From Clostridia bacterium (GTDB lineage Bacteria; Bacillota; Clostridia; Oscillospirales; Acutalibacteraceae), in assembly GCA_017396515.1 (NCBI GenBank), contig JAFQLV010000013.1, positions 1,010-65,009 on the forward strand: a DNA stretch of 64,000 bases. The letters run 5' to 3'. The position numbers and the translations under genes are program-made. The notes under the pieces are model-generated. The model searched no databases, was not told the origin of the DNA, and worked only from the letters and a program-made list of their open reading frames with translations. This document shows, piece after piece, positions 36,042-46,246 of this stretch (position 1 is its first letter; every line of letters starts with the position of its first letter).

Positions 36042-36477
36042 TTTTCTTTTCCTCTCTTAAAGTTATGCCTTTTCTCTTCACCCTGATGTAAAAATCTGAT
36101 TTACTGACAGGCATATTATCCTGATAGGTTGCATATGAGAATTTCAGCTCGACACCGTTTTCACCGAAGTCACTGCTTATGCTTTTGCCAATGACCTCAA
36201 GCTGAAAGCAGCCGAAGGGCAGCTTGTGCTCGGAAATGTGCTTAATGCCTGCCTCGATTATCATATCAGTCTGCATTTCTGCTTTTCGTCTGACAGTGAC
36301 ACATTCACCCTTCAGCACCCTGATGGTTGTTTCAGCAGGAAAGCCGTCGGTTTCTTCCGTATACACCACAGTGTAATCATCCTTATCCCCCGAAAGAGAG
36401 GCATGGGTGATAATTTCCTGCTTTGTTACATCGCCGTCAATTTCATTCAAAGATCGGACCTTTATAAGATAATCCAT
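36022..36477 (-). CDS. DUF1934-domain protein
   Basis: Small beta-rich protein immediately upstream of, and overlapping, argS. This arrangement is common for DUF1934 in Firmicutes. Confidence 0.7.
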   Translation of the reverse strand: MDYLIKVRSLNEIDGDVTKQEIITHASLSGDKDDYTVVYTEETDGFPAETTIRVLKGECVTVRRKAEMQTDMIIEAGIKHISEHKLPFGCFQLEVIGKSISSDFGENGVELKFSYATYQDNMPVSKSDFYIRVKRKGITLREEKKNVKNCK

Positions 36478-36604
36478 GTTTTTCTTTGTCCTTCACATAA
36501 ATATACATTATATATAATAACACACACTTTGTAAAAAATCAATTTTTATTTTCATTTTTTAAAGTCGATTTTTAACAAGCTTTTGACCATATTTTTGGTA
36601 CTTC

Positions 36605-36634
36605 TTGACATAATATGCAAATTGAGGGTATAAT
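36605..36634 (+). promoter_or_regulatory. Promoter of the GH95 gene
   Basis: TTGACA at 36605-36610, an 18-nt spacer, then TATAAT at 36629-36634. Confidence 0.55.
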
Positions 36635-36669
36635 TGAAAGCAGTTCATTATGTTTTATGAGGTGAAAAT

Positions 36670-39102
36670 ATGTTTTTATGCTATAAAGAGCCTGCTCACA
36701 TGAGCTACTACGGCTGGGAAAACGAGGCTCTCCCCTTGGGCAACGGCAAAATAGGTGCAAAGGTTTTCGGCGGTGTGGACTGTGAGCTTATTCATTTCAA
36801 CGAGAAAACCCTCTGGTCAGGCGGCAAGGATGTAAAAGGCTTCAACTACGGAGTGAAAAACGGTGACAAGGGTGCCGCCTTCAGAGAACTACAGGAGCTT
36901 CTGAGCAATGGCAATGTAAAAGCCGCCACTGAAAAAATGAAAGGCTTAGAGGGCGATATGACGGGCTTCGGTGCCTATCAGTCCTTCGGCAACCTTTATA
37001 TTCAGTTCCCCAAGCCCAAAAACGAAAAAGATAAATATACCCGCGACTTAGAGCTTGACACCGCTTCTTCAATGGTGAGCTATCACCTTGACGGTGCCAA
37101 CTACACCCGTCACTATTTCTGCAGCTATCCCGACAATGTTTTTGTGGGCAGAATAAAGGCTGAGCCTCTGCCTGTAAAGGAAGGCGAAGAGGCACCCGAG
37201 ATAAAAATCAACCTTGAGGCATATTTTATTTCGGACCAGAAAGCACCCTGCAAAGCCGAAAACGGCACAATCACAGTGGAGGGCACTGTTATGGCTAATG
37301 TGGGTGCCGACAGTGATGCAGGTGCAGACAAAAACTCTATGAGATTTGCAGGAGCCTTTAAATTTATAACAGACGGCGAAATGCGTGAAACCGCCGACGG
37401 ACACATTATTATAAAAAATGCCGGCAGTGTTACTGTCATAGCTTCACTGGCAACAAACTATGTCAACAGCTTCCCCGAGTATTTTTCAGAGGAAAATCCT
37501 CTTGACAAAGCACTTTCCTGTGTCACCTCTGCCGCAGAAATGAGCTTCGGCGAGCTTTACAGAAGGCATCTTGCCGACTATAAGACACTTTATGACAGAG
37601 TTAAATTCACCTTAGGCGAAAGCGATGCCATCCTCACAACAGACTATATGCTAAGCCGTTTTGAAAAGAAGGGCGAAAACAAAAGAAACCTTATCACCCT
37701 TTTGTTCCAATATGCAAGATATCTGCTTATTGCCTCCTCACGAGACGGCTCACTGCCCGCAAATCTTCAGGGTATATGGAATGCAAAAAACGACCCCAAA
37801 TGGTGCTGCGACTATCATTTCAATGTCAATGTGCAGATGAATTACTGGGGTGCTTATGCGGCAAACCTTGCAGAGACGGCACTGCCCTATATCGACTTTG
37901 TCAATTCCCTTAAAAAGCCCGGCAGACTCATTGCAAACAAAACTCTCGGCATAGGTCAGAATAGGGCTGACGGCACTCCCGACACTGATAAAGCAACAGG
38001 CTTTATGATTCATACAATGGTTACCCCCCTCGGCTTTGTGGGTCCCGGAAGCCAATGGCGTTGGGGCTGGGCACCCACAAACGGTGCATGGGCACTTCAG
38101 GGAATGTATGACTATTTCCTTTTCACAAGAGATAACGAAAAGCTCAGAAACGATATTTATCCCGCAATGGAAGAATGTGCCCTTATGTGGACTCAGCTGC
38201 TGACAGAGGATAAAAAAAGCGGCAGACTCGTCTGCTCACCGGGCTATTCACCCGAGCACGGCCCCGTTGCAGCAGGTAACACCTATGACCAGTGCATTAT
38301 CTATAACCTTTATGAAGACCTTATCTCTGCGGCAGAGTACATGAAAAAAGCAGGCTTCGGCAGCGATGTAAACGAAAGCCTTATTGAAACCGTAAAGCAG
38401 CAGATAACCCGATTAAAGCCCCTGCATATCGGCAAGTGGGGCCAGATTAAGGAATGGTATGACGAGGATAAGTTCTTTATGCGCGGCTTCTATAATCAGG
38501 GTGTGCAGAAAAAGCACAGGCACATTTCCCACCTGCTGTCACTTTATCCCTTCAGACAGATTTCACCCGATGATAAGGCACTCTCTGAGGCGGCACTGAC
38601 CACACTTAAAGACAGAGGCAACAAGAGCACCGGCTGGGGACTCGCCATAAGGCTTCTCAGCTATGCAAGACTTCTCAGAGGCAACGAGTGCGATGAAATT
38701 ATCACTCAGATAATGAAAACAACTATACTCAAAAACCTTTTCGGCACTCACCCGCCCTTCCAGATCGACGGCAACTTCGGTCTGCTTGCAGGCATATGTG
38801 AAATGCTTCTTCAGAGCCACGAAGACTATATCCGTATTCTCCCTGCCCTGCCCGAAAGCTGGCACGAGGGTGAAATTGAGGGTCTTATGGCAAGAGGCGG
38901 CTTTGAGCTTAAGCTCGTGTGGAAAGATAACAAGCTTAAAGAGGGCTGTGTAAAATCAAATCACGGCGGCAAGTGCCCACTTAAATATGACGGCAAAATT
39001 ATGCTCATTTATGACCGGGACGGAAAAGAGGTAGAAACGGAATTTTCTGACGGTGTGACATCATTTATCAGCGAAAAAGGAAAAGCATATAAATTCAGCT
39101 GA
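36670..39102 (+). CDS. Glycoside hydrolase family 95 (alpha-L-fucosidase-like)
   Basis: N-terminal W..EALPLGNGKIGAKVFGG...NEKTLWSG, then LQGIWN and the HFNVNVQMNYW pattern. Confidence 0.85.
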   Translation: MFLCYKEPAHMSYYGWENEALPLGNGKIGAKVFGGVDCELIHFNEKTLWSGGKDVKGFNYGVKNGDKGAAFRELQELLSNGNVKAATEKMKGLEGDMTGFGAYQSFGNLYIQFPKPKNEKDKYTRDLELDTASSMVSYHLDGANYTRHYFCSYPDNVFVGRIKAEPLPVKEGEEAPEIKINLEAYFISDQKAPCKAENGTITVEGTVMANVGADSDAGADKNSMRFAGAFKFITDGEMRETADGHIIIKNAGSVTVIASLATNYVNSFPEYFSEENPLDKALSCVTSAAEMSFGELYRRHLADYKTLYDRVKFTLGESDAILTTDYMLSRFEKKGENKRNLITLLFQYARYLLIASSRDGSLPANLQGIWNAKNDPKWCCDYHFNVNVQMNYWGAYAANLAETALPYIDFVNSLKKPGRLIANKTLGIGQNRADGTPDTDKATGFMIHTMVTPLGFVGPGSQWRWGWAPTNGAWALQGMYDYFLFTRDNEKLRNDIYPAMEECALMWTQLLTEDKKSGRLVCSPGYSPEHGPVAAGNTYDQCIIYNLYEDLISAAEYMKKAGFGSDVNESLIETVKQQITRLKPLHIGKWGQIKEWYDEDKFFMRGFYNQGVQKKHRHISHLLSLYPFRQISPDDKALSEAALTTLKDRGNKSTGWGLAIRLLSYARLLRGNECDEIITQIMKTTILKNLFGTHPPFQIDGNFGLLAGICEMLLQSHEDYIRILPALPESWHEGEIEGLMARGGFELKLVWKDNKLKEGCVKSNHGGKCPLKYDGKIMLIYDRDGKEVETEFSDGVTSFISEKGKAYKFS

Positions 39103-39106
39103 CAGG

Positions 39107-39150
39107 TTGCAGGGGCTGCGAGGAAACAGCCCCTGCAAAACATTTGATGC
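39107..39150 (+). terminator. Terminator of the GH95 gene
   Basis: 12-bp stem TTGCAGGGGCTG/CAGCCCCTGCAA. The T tract is weak. Confidence 0.6.
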
Positions 39151-39228
39151 TTTTCTATTGCTTTTTTCAGCATAACAATGTATAATTAGAACATTATACA
39201 ACTATTATTAACCCAAGGAGTGAATTTA

Positions 39229-40998
39229 ATGGAACCTATTAAAGTTGATTTTACCGGCGGCGGTGACAACACCAAGGGTAGCGGCAAGAGTGCTTACCTT
39301 GCCCCTGAAAAAGCAGGCCTTAAGCTTATCATAAGCATTATCGGCACAATTATCGGTGCTGTTGTTGCCTACTATTTTATGCTTCCGCCCCTTAATTTCA
39401 AGAGCACGGACACTTATATGTATTTCGGCCTTGTTGCCGCTATGTTTATAGGCCTTCTCTTTATTACAAGCGGTGCATTCATAAGACCCGAATATACTGC
39501 CTATGTTAAAAAACGCAGCATTGTGTCAATTGCTGTCATTGCTCTGTTAGTTGCAGTTGTCGGCGTGGGCATGCTCACCTCAACAGTGGTTTTCAGAGCT
39601 AAAACCTACAGTGACATTATTGAGGTAAACGAAGACACAAGCTTTGCAAAGGATATTGAGGAAGCAGACTTCTCCTCAGTACCCGTTCTTGATAACCTTG
39701 CAGCAGGCGTGCTTGCAAACCGCACTCTCGGTGACCTTGCCTCAATCAATGCAATTTCTCAGTTTGAGGTTTCAAACCAGATGACACAGATCAACTATAA
39801 AAACGAGCCTGTCAAGGTTACAACCCTTGCTTACGGCGACGTTTTCAAATGGCTGAAAAACACAAAGGAAGGTCTGCCCGGCTATATTGTTGTCAATATG
39901 GTAACACAGAAGGCTGAGCTTGAAATCCTTCCCGAGGGCGAATATATCAGATATTCAATTCACGAGCATTTCGGCAAGTACCTGATGAGACATGTGCGTT
40001 TTGCTTATCCCACCTATATTTTTGACACACCTCACTTTGAAATTGACGAGGAAGGCAATCCCTACTGGCTCTGCCCCGTGCTTGATAAGACTATCGGTCT
40101 TTTCGGCGGCACCGATGTAAAGGGTCTTGTTATTGTTGATGCTGTTACAGGTGATATGACCGAGTACACTGCCGATGAAGTGAAAAGCAGTGCTGAACTT
40201 CAGTGGATTGACGGTATTTACTCAAAGGATCTTCTCGTTGAGCAGTTCAACTACTACGGTCAGTATCAGAACGGCTTTATCAACTCCATCCTCGGTCAGG
40301 ACGGCGTTAAGATGGCTACAGAGGGTGAAAACTTCCTTGCACAGAATGACGACGTTTATATGTATACAGGTGTTACCTCGGCAGGTAATGACCAGGCTAT
40401 CATAGGCTTCGTGCTTATCAACATGAGAACCAAGGATGCCAGCTTCTATGCAGTTTCAGGTGCTAAAGAAAATTCGGCACAGTCATCCGCACGCGGTGAG
40501 GTTCAGGACTATGCTTACGATGCAACCTTCCCCATTCTGCTCAACATCAGCGGTGAGCCCACCTACTTTATGTCACTTAAGGATAAGGATAACCTTGTCA
40601 AGCGTTATGCTATGGTTAATGTTGAGAATTATCAGGTAGTTGTCACCGGCACAACAATAGCAGAATGCACCGACGCTTATGTCAGAAAGCTCAAGCAGAA
40701 CAACATCAACATCGATGTTGACATTGATAAGATTGAGGATGCCACAAATAATAACGAGGGTGAAAGCACTACTCCCGAGGCGGAGCTTATAACTGTCAAG
40801 GGTGCAATCACAGACATCCGCACAGCTGTTATGAACGGCGAAAGCGTATACTTCCTCGAGCTTGACGGCAAGGGCGTTTATTACAGCATCAAGGCCTCTG
40901 ACGAGGAAATGGTTGTTATTATGTCAAAGGGCGACAGCGTCACAATCACCCATGAGGAAAGCACAGCAAAAATTATTGATATCGTGACAATCAAATAA
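39229..40998 (+). CDS. Membrane protein of unknown function (3 N-terminal TM segments plus a large extracytoplasmic domain)
   Basis: AAGGAG lies 8 nt before the ATG at 39229. Hydrophobic segments occur at roughly residues 30-130. No motif recognised. Confidence 0.5.
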   Translation: MEPIKVDFTGGGDNTKGSGKSAYLAPEKAGLKLIISIIGTIIGAVVAYYFMLPPLNFKSTDTYMYFGLVAAMFIGLLFITSGAFIRPEYTAYVKKRSIVSIAVIALLVAVVGVGMLTSTVVFRAKTYSDIIEVNEDTSFAKDIEEADFSSVPVLDNLAAGVLANRTLGDLASINAISQFEVSNQMTQINYKNEPVKVTTLAYGDVFKWLKNTKEGLPGYIVVNMVTQKAELEILPEGEYIRYSIHEHFGKYLMRHVRFAYPTYIFDTPHFEIDEEGNPYWLCPVLDKTIGLFGGTDVKGLVIVDAVTGDMTEYTADEVKSSAELQWIDGIYSKDLLVEQFNYYGQYQNGFINSILGQDGVKMATEGENFLAQNDDVYMYTGVTSAGNDQAIIGFVLINMRTKDASFYAVSGAKENSAQSSARGEVQDYAYDATFPILLNISGEPTYFMSLKDKDNLVKRYAMVNVENYQVVVTGTTIAECTDAYVRKLKQNNINIDVDIDKIEDATNNNEGESTTPEAELITVKGAITDIRTAVMNGESVYFLELDGKGVYYSIKASDEEMVVIMSKGDSVTITHEESTAKIIDIVTIK

Positions 40999-41012
40999 AA
41001 AGCAAAAATTGA

Positions 41013-41043
41013 AGACAGGCTCATGTGAGCCTGTCTTTATTTA
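41013..41043. terminator. Bidirectional terminator between convergent genes (membrane protein / GH38)
   Basis: AGACAGGCTCA-tg-TGAGCCTGTCT flanked by A-rich and T-rich tracts. Confidence 0.8.
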
Positions 41044-43962
41044 TATTCCTATTGTCACAATCTCAAAGGGGCTGTATTCGATCACATCGGTTTCACCTGT
41101 GACCTCCTCAAGCATATTGAGGAGTCTGACTTTTCTTCCGAGTGCTATTCTTCCGCGTTTGCCGTCCTGCTCGCTGAGTCTCACAACGGTCATGGTACCG
41201 TCCTCACTCAGCTTTGCCGCCTGAAGATAAAGAGGCTCAAAGGTGGGCAGAGTCCACTCACAGTCCGCCTTTATCAGTGGCACATTATACTCAAGGGCAA
41301 GCTTGTTTATCCCTGCCGTAACAGCATCATTTTCGTGGGGCACAATCATATACGAGAAGCTGTGCATTCCCATATCCGAGGTGACATCGGGTCTTATGGT
41401 GGCACGAAGCAGTGACAGACCTATTGTGTTTTCTTCAAAGGACGCGCCGTACTTGCCGTCATTTATTATGGCTATGCCGCCGCCTGCCTCACTGAGGTCG
41501 CACCATTTGTGGTGACAGCACTCAAAGCGTGCCTGCTGCCAGGTGGTGTTGCGGTGAGTTTCACGCTCAATATAGCCTGCACTTGTGTCACAAAGAGCCT
41601 TTCTTGTGAGCACATTGCACGAGAACTGTGCCTTGGCAAGCTTGTGCTTTTCCTGCCAATCAACTATATTCTCAACCTCAATGCCTCTGCTTCTTCTGAA
41701 AAGGCGAATAAGCATGGTCCACTGTGATTTTTCTGTGGCAAGCACTGCTTCAAATGTGGCACACTCACCGTCTTTTTCAACAAGGTGAAGGGGTGTTTTA
41801 ACCTTAAGTGCAATCTGCTTATCCTTATAGTTGGGCAGAATATCCCAAGCATCATAGTTGCCCGGGTTATCTGTATAAATTTTAAGCTTGTTGAAATCTC
41901 CCTTGACCCACTCACGGCAAAGCTCCTTATCCCAAAGGCTCTCAATAGAGCCGTCCTCACGGAATTTAAGGGTATAATAAGGAGTTTGCACTGTGTCATC
42001 CACGCTTATCCATTCGGCAGAGTACCTTGCCGAACGAAGTGCCGCCGAGGAAAGCGGTGCCATATGGGGAATGAGCCAGTTGCCCTTTTCGCCGTAGCGT
42101 GTGGAAGTGCCTTTTTTGTTTGGCACAAAGGTAAGAGCATCACGCTTTATATTAAGGGTGTTGAAATATTTTGTGCCCTTGCCGATAATGCTGTCAAGAG
42201 CCTTTTCTATTTCGGCGTAATCGGCCAAAGCATCCTCATAAACAGGATGAATATGTGAGCCGGGGATAATATCGTGGAACTGGTTGACCAGAAACCTTTT
42301 ATAAAGGTCACGGATAGTGTCGGCATTGCCGTCTTTTTTCATAAGAGAGAGCATTTCTGCCGTGCGGAATTTGAACTCAAGACGACGGTTATATCTTTTG
42401 AGAACACTCTTTGTGGTGAAGGTGCCTCTGTGCATTTCAAGATATAGTTCTCCGTCCCATGTTTCAAGGCTGTCATTGTTTTTAAGGTTTTTCTCAAGGA
42501 ACTCGTCACCTCTCATATGCTGACATTTGGGCATAATGCTGAGCTTATCAAAGCGGTGCATAAGCTCAATCATCTCCTCTGTGCAGCCTGAGCCGCCGTC
42601 ACCGTAACCGAACATATTGAGAGTCTGTCCGCCCCTGTCTTTATCGATATATGCTTCCCAGTTTTCCTGAATCTGTGAGGGCATATTCCATGTTATAAAG
42701 TGTGTGGGCGGCACGCAGGCTAAAACCTCACTGCCGTCAATACCTCTCCACCTAAAGTTATTGTGGGGAAAACGGTTAGTGTCATTCCATGTTGACATTT
42801 TGTTGGATACAAAATAATCCACACCGCTTTTTTTGAGTATCTGAGGCAATATCCATGAGTTTCCGAAAACATCAGGCAGCCATGCATTGTTTACGGTTTT
42901 GCCGAACATTCTTTTATAGGTCTGCTGACCGTAAAGGCACTGTCTTATAAGCGATTCAGCCGAAGGAACATTGCAGTCAGGCTCAACATACATTGCACCT
43001 ACAGGCTCAAACTGACCTGCGGCAACCTTCTCCTTCAGCTCCTCAAAAACCTCAGGATAATATTTTTCAAGGGTCTCATAAACATAAGGCTGTGTATGAG
43101 TATATCTGAAGTCGGGATATTTATCCATAAGGCGAAGCTGAATGAGCACTGTGCGAAGGTTTTTCTGCACTGAATGGATTCTTCTCCAATAATAAGCTAT
43201 ATCAAGGTGAGAGTGTGAAATAAGTGCCACATCACCGCTGCCCTTGTAGTTATCATTGCCATAGATTACTTCGTCAACATATTTTTTTGCCTCAGCTACG
43301 CCTGTGAGTTCTTCACTGTCAAAATCAATGAGATTCATTGCATTGCAAAGCTCCCTGTTAAGAAAAGCTCTGTAGTCCTCATTAAAAAGCTCACTTTTGG
43401 CTATATCGAGCAAAAGCTCAAAGTCCCACACCAAATCCTGCACCTCGTGATTAACGGTGCAGATGTAAGCCCCCTCAAAAACCTGACGGCATCCGCGTAC
43501 GGAAAGGGACTCCGGGTTTCTTTCATCGTCGGGCTTTGAACGGTTATAGCCCATCATCTCAAAATGAAGCACTTCGTTTTCGTTTATATAAGGCGAAAGC
43601 AACATTCTTTCTCTGTTAGGGTCAACACCGCCGATATATCTGCCGTTGACCTTAACGCAGATTTCTGCCGCTGTTTTAAGGCTGAACCACAGCTCCTTGC
43701 CCTTTAACTGCTCGGGAAGTGTCACATCAGCCTTTATAAATGCAGTGCCGTCGGGAGTAAAATACATATCACCCTTATTAAGAGGTCTGTAATCCTCAGA
43801 GTAATACTCAAATTTCATCTCACTTACCTGACGGGCATCTCTTATCATCAGATTTTCAATTTCCCACTTAAAGGAATAAATATGTCTTTTAAGCCAGCCG
43901 AAACGAAGATCAGTCCACTCCTCAGGGCGCATTGAACGGCGGATAACTTTAATATGTGCCAT
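41041..43962 (-). CDS. Glycoside hydrolase family 38 alpha-mannosidase
   Basis: ISHSHLDIAYYW metal-binding motif, WLPDVFG and a 973-aa length. Confidence 0.85.
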   Translation of the reverse strand: MAHIKVIRRSMRPEEWTDLRFGWLKRHIYSFKWEIENLMIRDARQVSEMKFEYYSEDYRPLNKGDMYFTPDGTAFIKADVTLPEQLKGKELWFSLKTAAEICVKVNGRYIGGVDPNRERMLLSPYINENEVLHFEMMGYNRSKPDDERNPESLSVRGCRQVFEGAYICTVNHEVQDLVWDFELLLDIAKSELFNEDYRAFLNRELCNAMNLIDFDSEELTGVAEAKKYVDEVIYGNDNYKGSGDVALISHSHLDIAYYWRRIHSVQKNLRTVLIQLRLMDKYPDFRYTHTQPYVYETLEKYYPEVFEELKEKVAAGQFEPVGAMYVEPDCNVPSAESLIRQCLYGQQTYKRMFGKTVNNAWLPDVFGNSWILPQILKKSGVDYFVSNKMSTWNDTNRFPHNNFRWRGIDGSEVLACVPPTHFITWNMPSQIQENWEAYIDKDRGGQTLNMFGYGDGGSGCTEEMIELMHRFDKLSIMPKCQHMRGDEFLEKNLKNNDSLETWDGELYLEMHRGTFTTKSVLKRYNRRLEFKFRTAEMLSLMKKDGNADTIRDLYKRFLVNQFHDIIPGSHIHPVYEDALADYAEIEKALDSIIGKGTKYFNTLNIKRDALTFVPNKKGTSTRYGEKGNWLIPHMAPLSSAALRSARYSAEWISVDDTVQTPYYTLKFREDGSIESLWDKELCREWVKGDFNKLKIYTDNPGNYDAWDILPNYKDKQIALKVKTPLHLVEKDGECATFEAVLATEKSQWTMLIRLFRRSRGIEVENIVDWQEKHKLAKAQFSCNVLTRKALCDTSAGYIERETHRNTTWQQARFECCHHKWCDLSEAGGGIAIINDGKYGASFEENTIGLSLLRATIRPDVTSDMGMHSFSYMIVPHENDAVTAGINKLALEYNVPLIKADCEWTLPTFEPLYLQAAKLSEDGTMTVVRLSEQDGKRGRIALGRKVRLLNMLEEVTGETDVIEYSPFEIVTIGI

Positions 43963-43974
43963 AATTATACCCCC

Positions 43975-44214
43975 TTAAACATCCTGAAAATAAGGCTTTT
44001 TGCGTATAGCCTGCACCTTGACCGTCTTTTTTAAATCCAGCTTTATCTGCTGCTCAATCCAATCGGTACAGCGGTGAAGAATAAGACATTTTGAACATTC
44101 ACCACGGAAAATGAGGGTGAGCTTCTCACCCTCAAGACCCGCATATTCCACCCAACCGCCGTCGCCCTGAAGCTTGGGCTGAAGGATATTTTCAACATAA
44201 CTCTGAACTGTCAT
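43975..44214 (-). CDS. NifU-like domain protein
   Basis: 79 aa with LQGDGGWVEY...GECSKC, the NifU C-terminal-domain pattern. Confidence 0.7.
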   Translation of the reverse strand: MTVQSYVENILQPKLQGDGGWVEYAGLEGEKLTLIFRGECSKCLILHRCTDWIEQQIKLDLKKTVKVQAIRKKPYFQDV

Positions 44215-44223
44215 AATTTCCTC

Positions 44224-45846
44224 TTATTTAATAATGTTATCAATAACACTCTTATATCCGGCAAGCTTTGCCTTTGATTCTTCTCTTGTCTGAGCCTGAA
44301 CACTGTAATAAACCTTTATCTTAGGCTCTGTACCTGAGGGTCTTACTGCCATCCATGTGCCGTCCTTCCAGAGGAATTTGAGCACATTTTCCTTAGGCAG
44401 GTCTGCAACGCCCTTGCTGTAGTCAATAACCTCACTCAGACCCTCAAAGAGATCCATACCCTTTTCTCTGAAATAAACCATAAGGTCTGCTATTTTCTCT
44501 GCACCGTCCTTACCCTTAAGCACAAATGAATCAAGGTGGTCAAGGTAATAGCCGTATTCCTCATAAATATCCTCAAGTGCCTGAACAAGAGTTTTGCCCT
44601 GATTGTAATAATAAGCAGCCATCTGGCAAATAAGCATTGATGACACAACAGCATCCTTATCTCTTGCGTGAGTGCCCACAAGATAGCCGTAGGACTCCTC
44701 ATAGCCGATGATAAATTCCTGCTCACCGCTTGCTTCATACTTATTGATTTTGTCACCGATATATTTGAAGCCTGTGAGAGTTTCTTCACACTTGAGACCG
44801 TAGCTTCTGCCGATATTTGCACCAAGCTCTGAGGTAACGATAGTCTTGACAAGAGTGCTCTTTGATGAAAGAGTAGCCTTCTTCATTTCAAGGATAAACT
44901 TAACAAGAAGTGCACCTGTCTGATTACCGGTGAAAAGCACATATTCATCACCGTTTTTAACTGCAATGCCGACTCTGTCGCAGTCCGGGTCTGTGCCGAG
45001 AACAAGGTCAGCACCGATTTCCTTTGCTTTTTCAATTGCAATTGTCAGCGCATCCTTTTCCTCAGGATTCGGGCTTCTGACAGTTGAGAAGTTTCCGTCG
45101 GGCATTTCCTGCTCTTTAACAACGGTCACATTCATACCCTCAAGCATTCTTCTGACGGGAATATTGCCTGTGCCGTGAAGGGGTGTGTAAACAATTTTAA
45201 GCTCTGAGGGCTCCTCATAAACACTCTGCTGCTTAACCTTGGCAAGGAAAGCTGAAAGCACATCTTCACCAACATAGCTGATATTTTCTGCCTTGCCCTC
45301 AAAGGGAATAGAAGTGTAATCCTCAATAGCATTTATACATTCAATTGCGCCCTTGGCATCCTCTGTGCAGAACTGGCAGCCCTTGCTGTCATAGACCTTA
45401 TAGCCGTTGTACTCCTTGGGGTTGTGAGAAGCGGTAAGCATTACGCCTGCTGTGCAGCCGAGATGTGATGTGGCAAAAGAAAGCACCGGGACGGGTACAA
45501 GAAACTCAAAAAGGTAAACCCTGAAGCCCTGACCCGAAAAGATATCGGCGGCAACCTTGGCAAAGTAGGATGAATTGTTTCTTGAGTCATAGGCGAGAAC
45601 TACGCTGAGCTCGCCGCTGTTTTTGCTTTTTATATACTGTGCAAGACCGTAGGTTGCCTTGCCGACAGTGTATTTATTCATGCGGTTTGAGCCGGCACCC
45701 ATAATGCCGCGAAGACCGCCTGTACCGAAAGCAAGGTCCTTATAAAATCTGTCTTCAATTTCTTTTTCGTCAGTGACAGCACTGAGCTCTGCCTTTGTTT
45801 CCTCGTCAAAAGTGAGCCACTGCTGATATTTTGCCTTATAATCCAT
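44224..45846 (-). CDS. Phosphoglucomutase/phosphomannomutase family protein
   Basis: Active-site loop TASHNPKEYNGYK, GTDPDCDR metal loop and GYEESYG. Confidence 0.85.
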   Translation of the reverse strand: MDYKAKYQQWLTFDEETKAELSAVTDEKEIEDRFYKDLAFGTGGLRGIMGAGSNRMNKYTVGKATYGLAQYIKSKNSGELSVVLAYDSRNNSSYFAKVAADIFSGQGFRVYLFEFLVPVPVLSFATSHLGCTAGVMLTASHNPKEYNGYKVYDSKGCQFCTEDAKGAIECINAIEDYTSIPFEGKAENISYVGEDVLSAFLAKVKQQSVYEEPSELKIVYTPLHGTGNIPVRRMLEGMNVTVVKEQEMPDGNFSTVRSPNPEEKDALTIAIEKAKEIGADLVLGTDPDCDRVGIAVKNGDEYVLFTGNQTGALLVKFILEMKKATLSSKSTLVKTIVTSELGANIGRSYGLKCEETLTGFKYIGDKINKYEASGEQEFIIGYEESYGYLVGTHARDKDAVVSSMLICQMAAYYYNQGKTLVQALEDIYEEYGYYLDHLDSFVLKGKDGAEKIADLMVYFREKGMDLFEGLSEVIDYSKGVADLPKENVLKFLWKDGTWMAVRPSGTEPKIKVYYSVQAQTREESKAKLAGYKSVIDNIIK

Positions 45847-45953
45847 GTTTCTTCATCCTTTCCGGAAATTTATTCACAACAATTATATCACAAGGCTTTT
45901 GTCGAAACAATATAAATAATAAAATTTCTGCAATAAAAATTAATACTGCGGCA

Positions 45954-46002
45954 ACTAAAAAAAGAACACAGGCTCCCGTGCATAAAGCACAAGCACCTGT
46001 GT
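45954..46002 (-). terminator. Terminator after the 29-aa candidate ORF
   Basis: ACACAGG...CCTGTGT stem with an inner GTGC/GCAC stem, then GTTCTTTTTTT on the minus strand. Confidence 0.6.
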
Positions 46003-46017
46003 CCCTTTGTCTTTCAA

Positions 46018-46107
46018 TCAGAAGGGTAAGATTATTTTAAGCCCTAATTTAAGCATAAGCTTAGTGAAAACACCTGCAAGATGTAATATTAATTCAGGCA
46101 GCCACAT
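46018..46107 (-). CDS. Candidate 29-aa hydrophobic/cationic peptide; not in the ORF track
   Basis: Own translation: MWLPELILHLAGVFTKLMLKLGLKIILPF. AAAGGAG lies 9 nt upstream. A stem-loop plus T-run follows at 45954-46002. Confidence 0.35.
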   Translation of the reverse strand: MWLPELILHLAGVFTKLMLKLGLKIILPF

Positions 46108-46246
46108 AATATTTTTCTCCTTTATTTGTAAATTCAGGTTATTTATTCCTATAATTTTATTTTATCCTAAAGAATTATATCCTTGCTATAACTTTTTTAA
46201 TTTTTCTTGAATTCTATTTCAGTTAGTGCAAACAACTTTTTAAACA

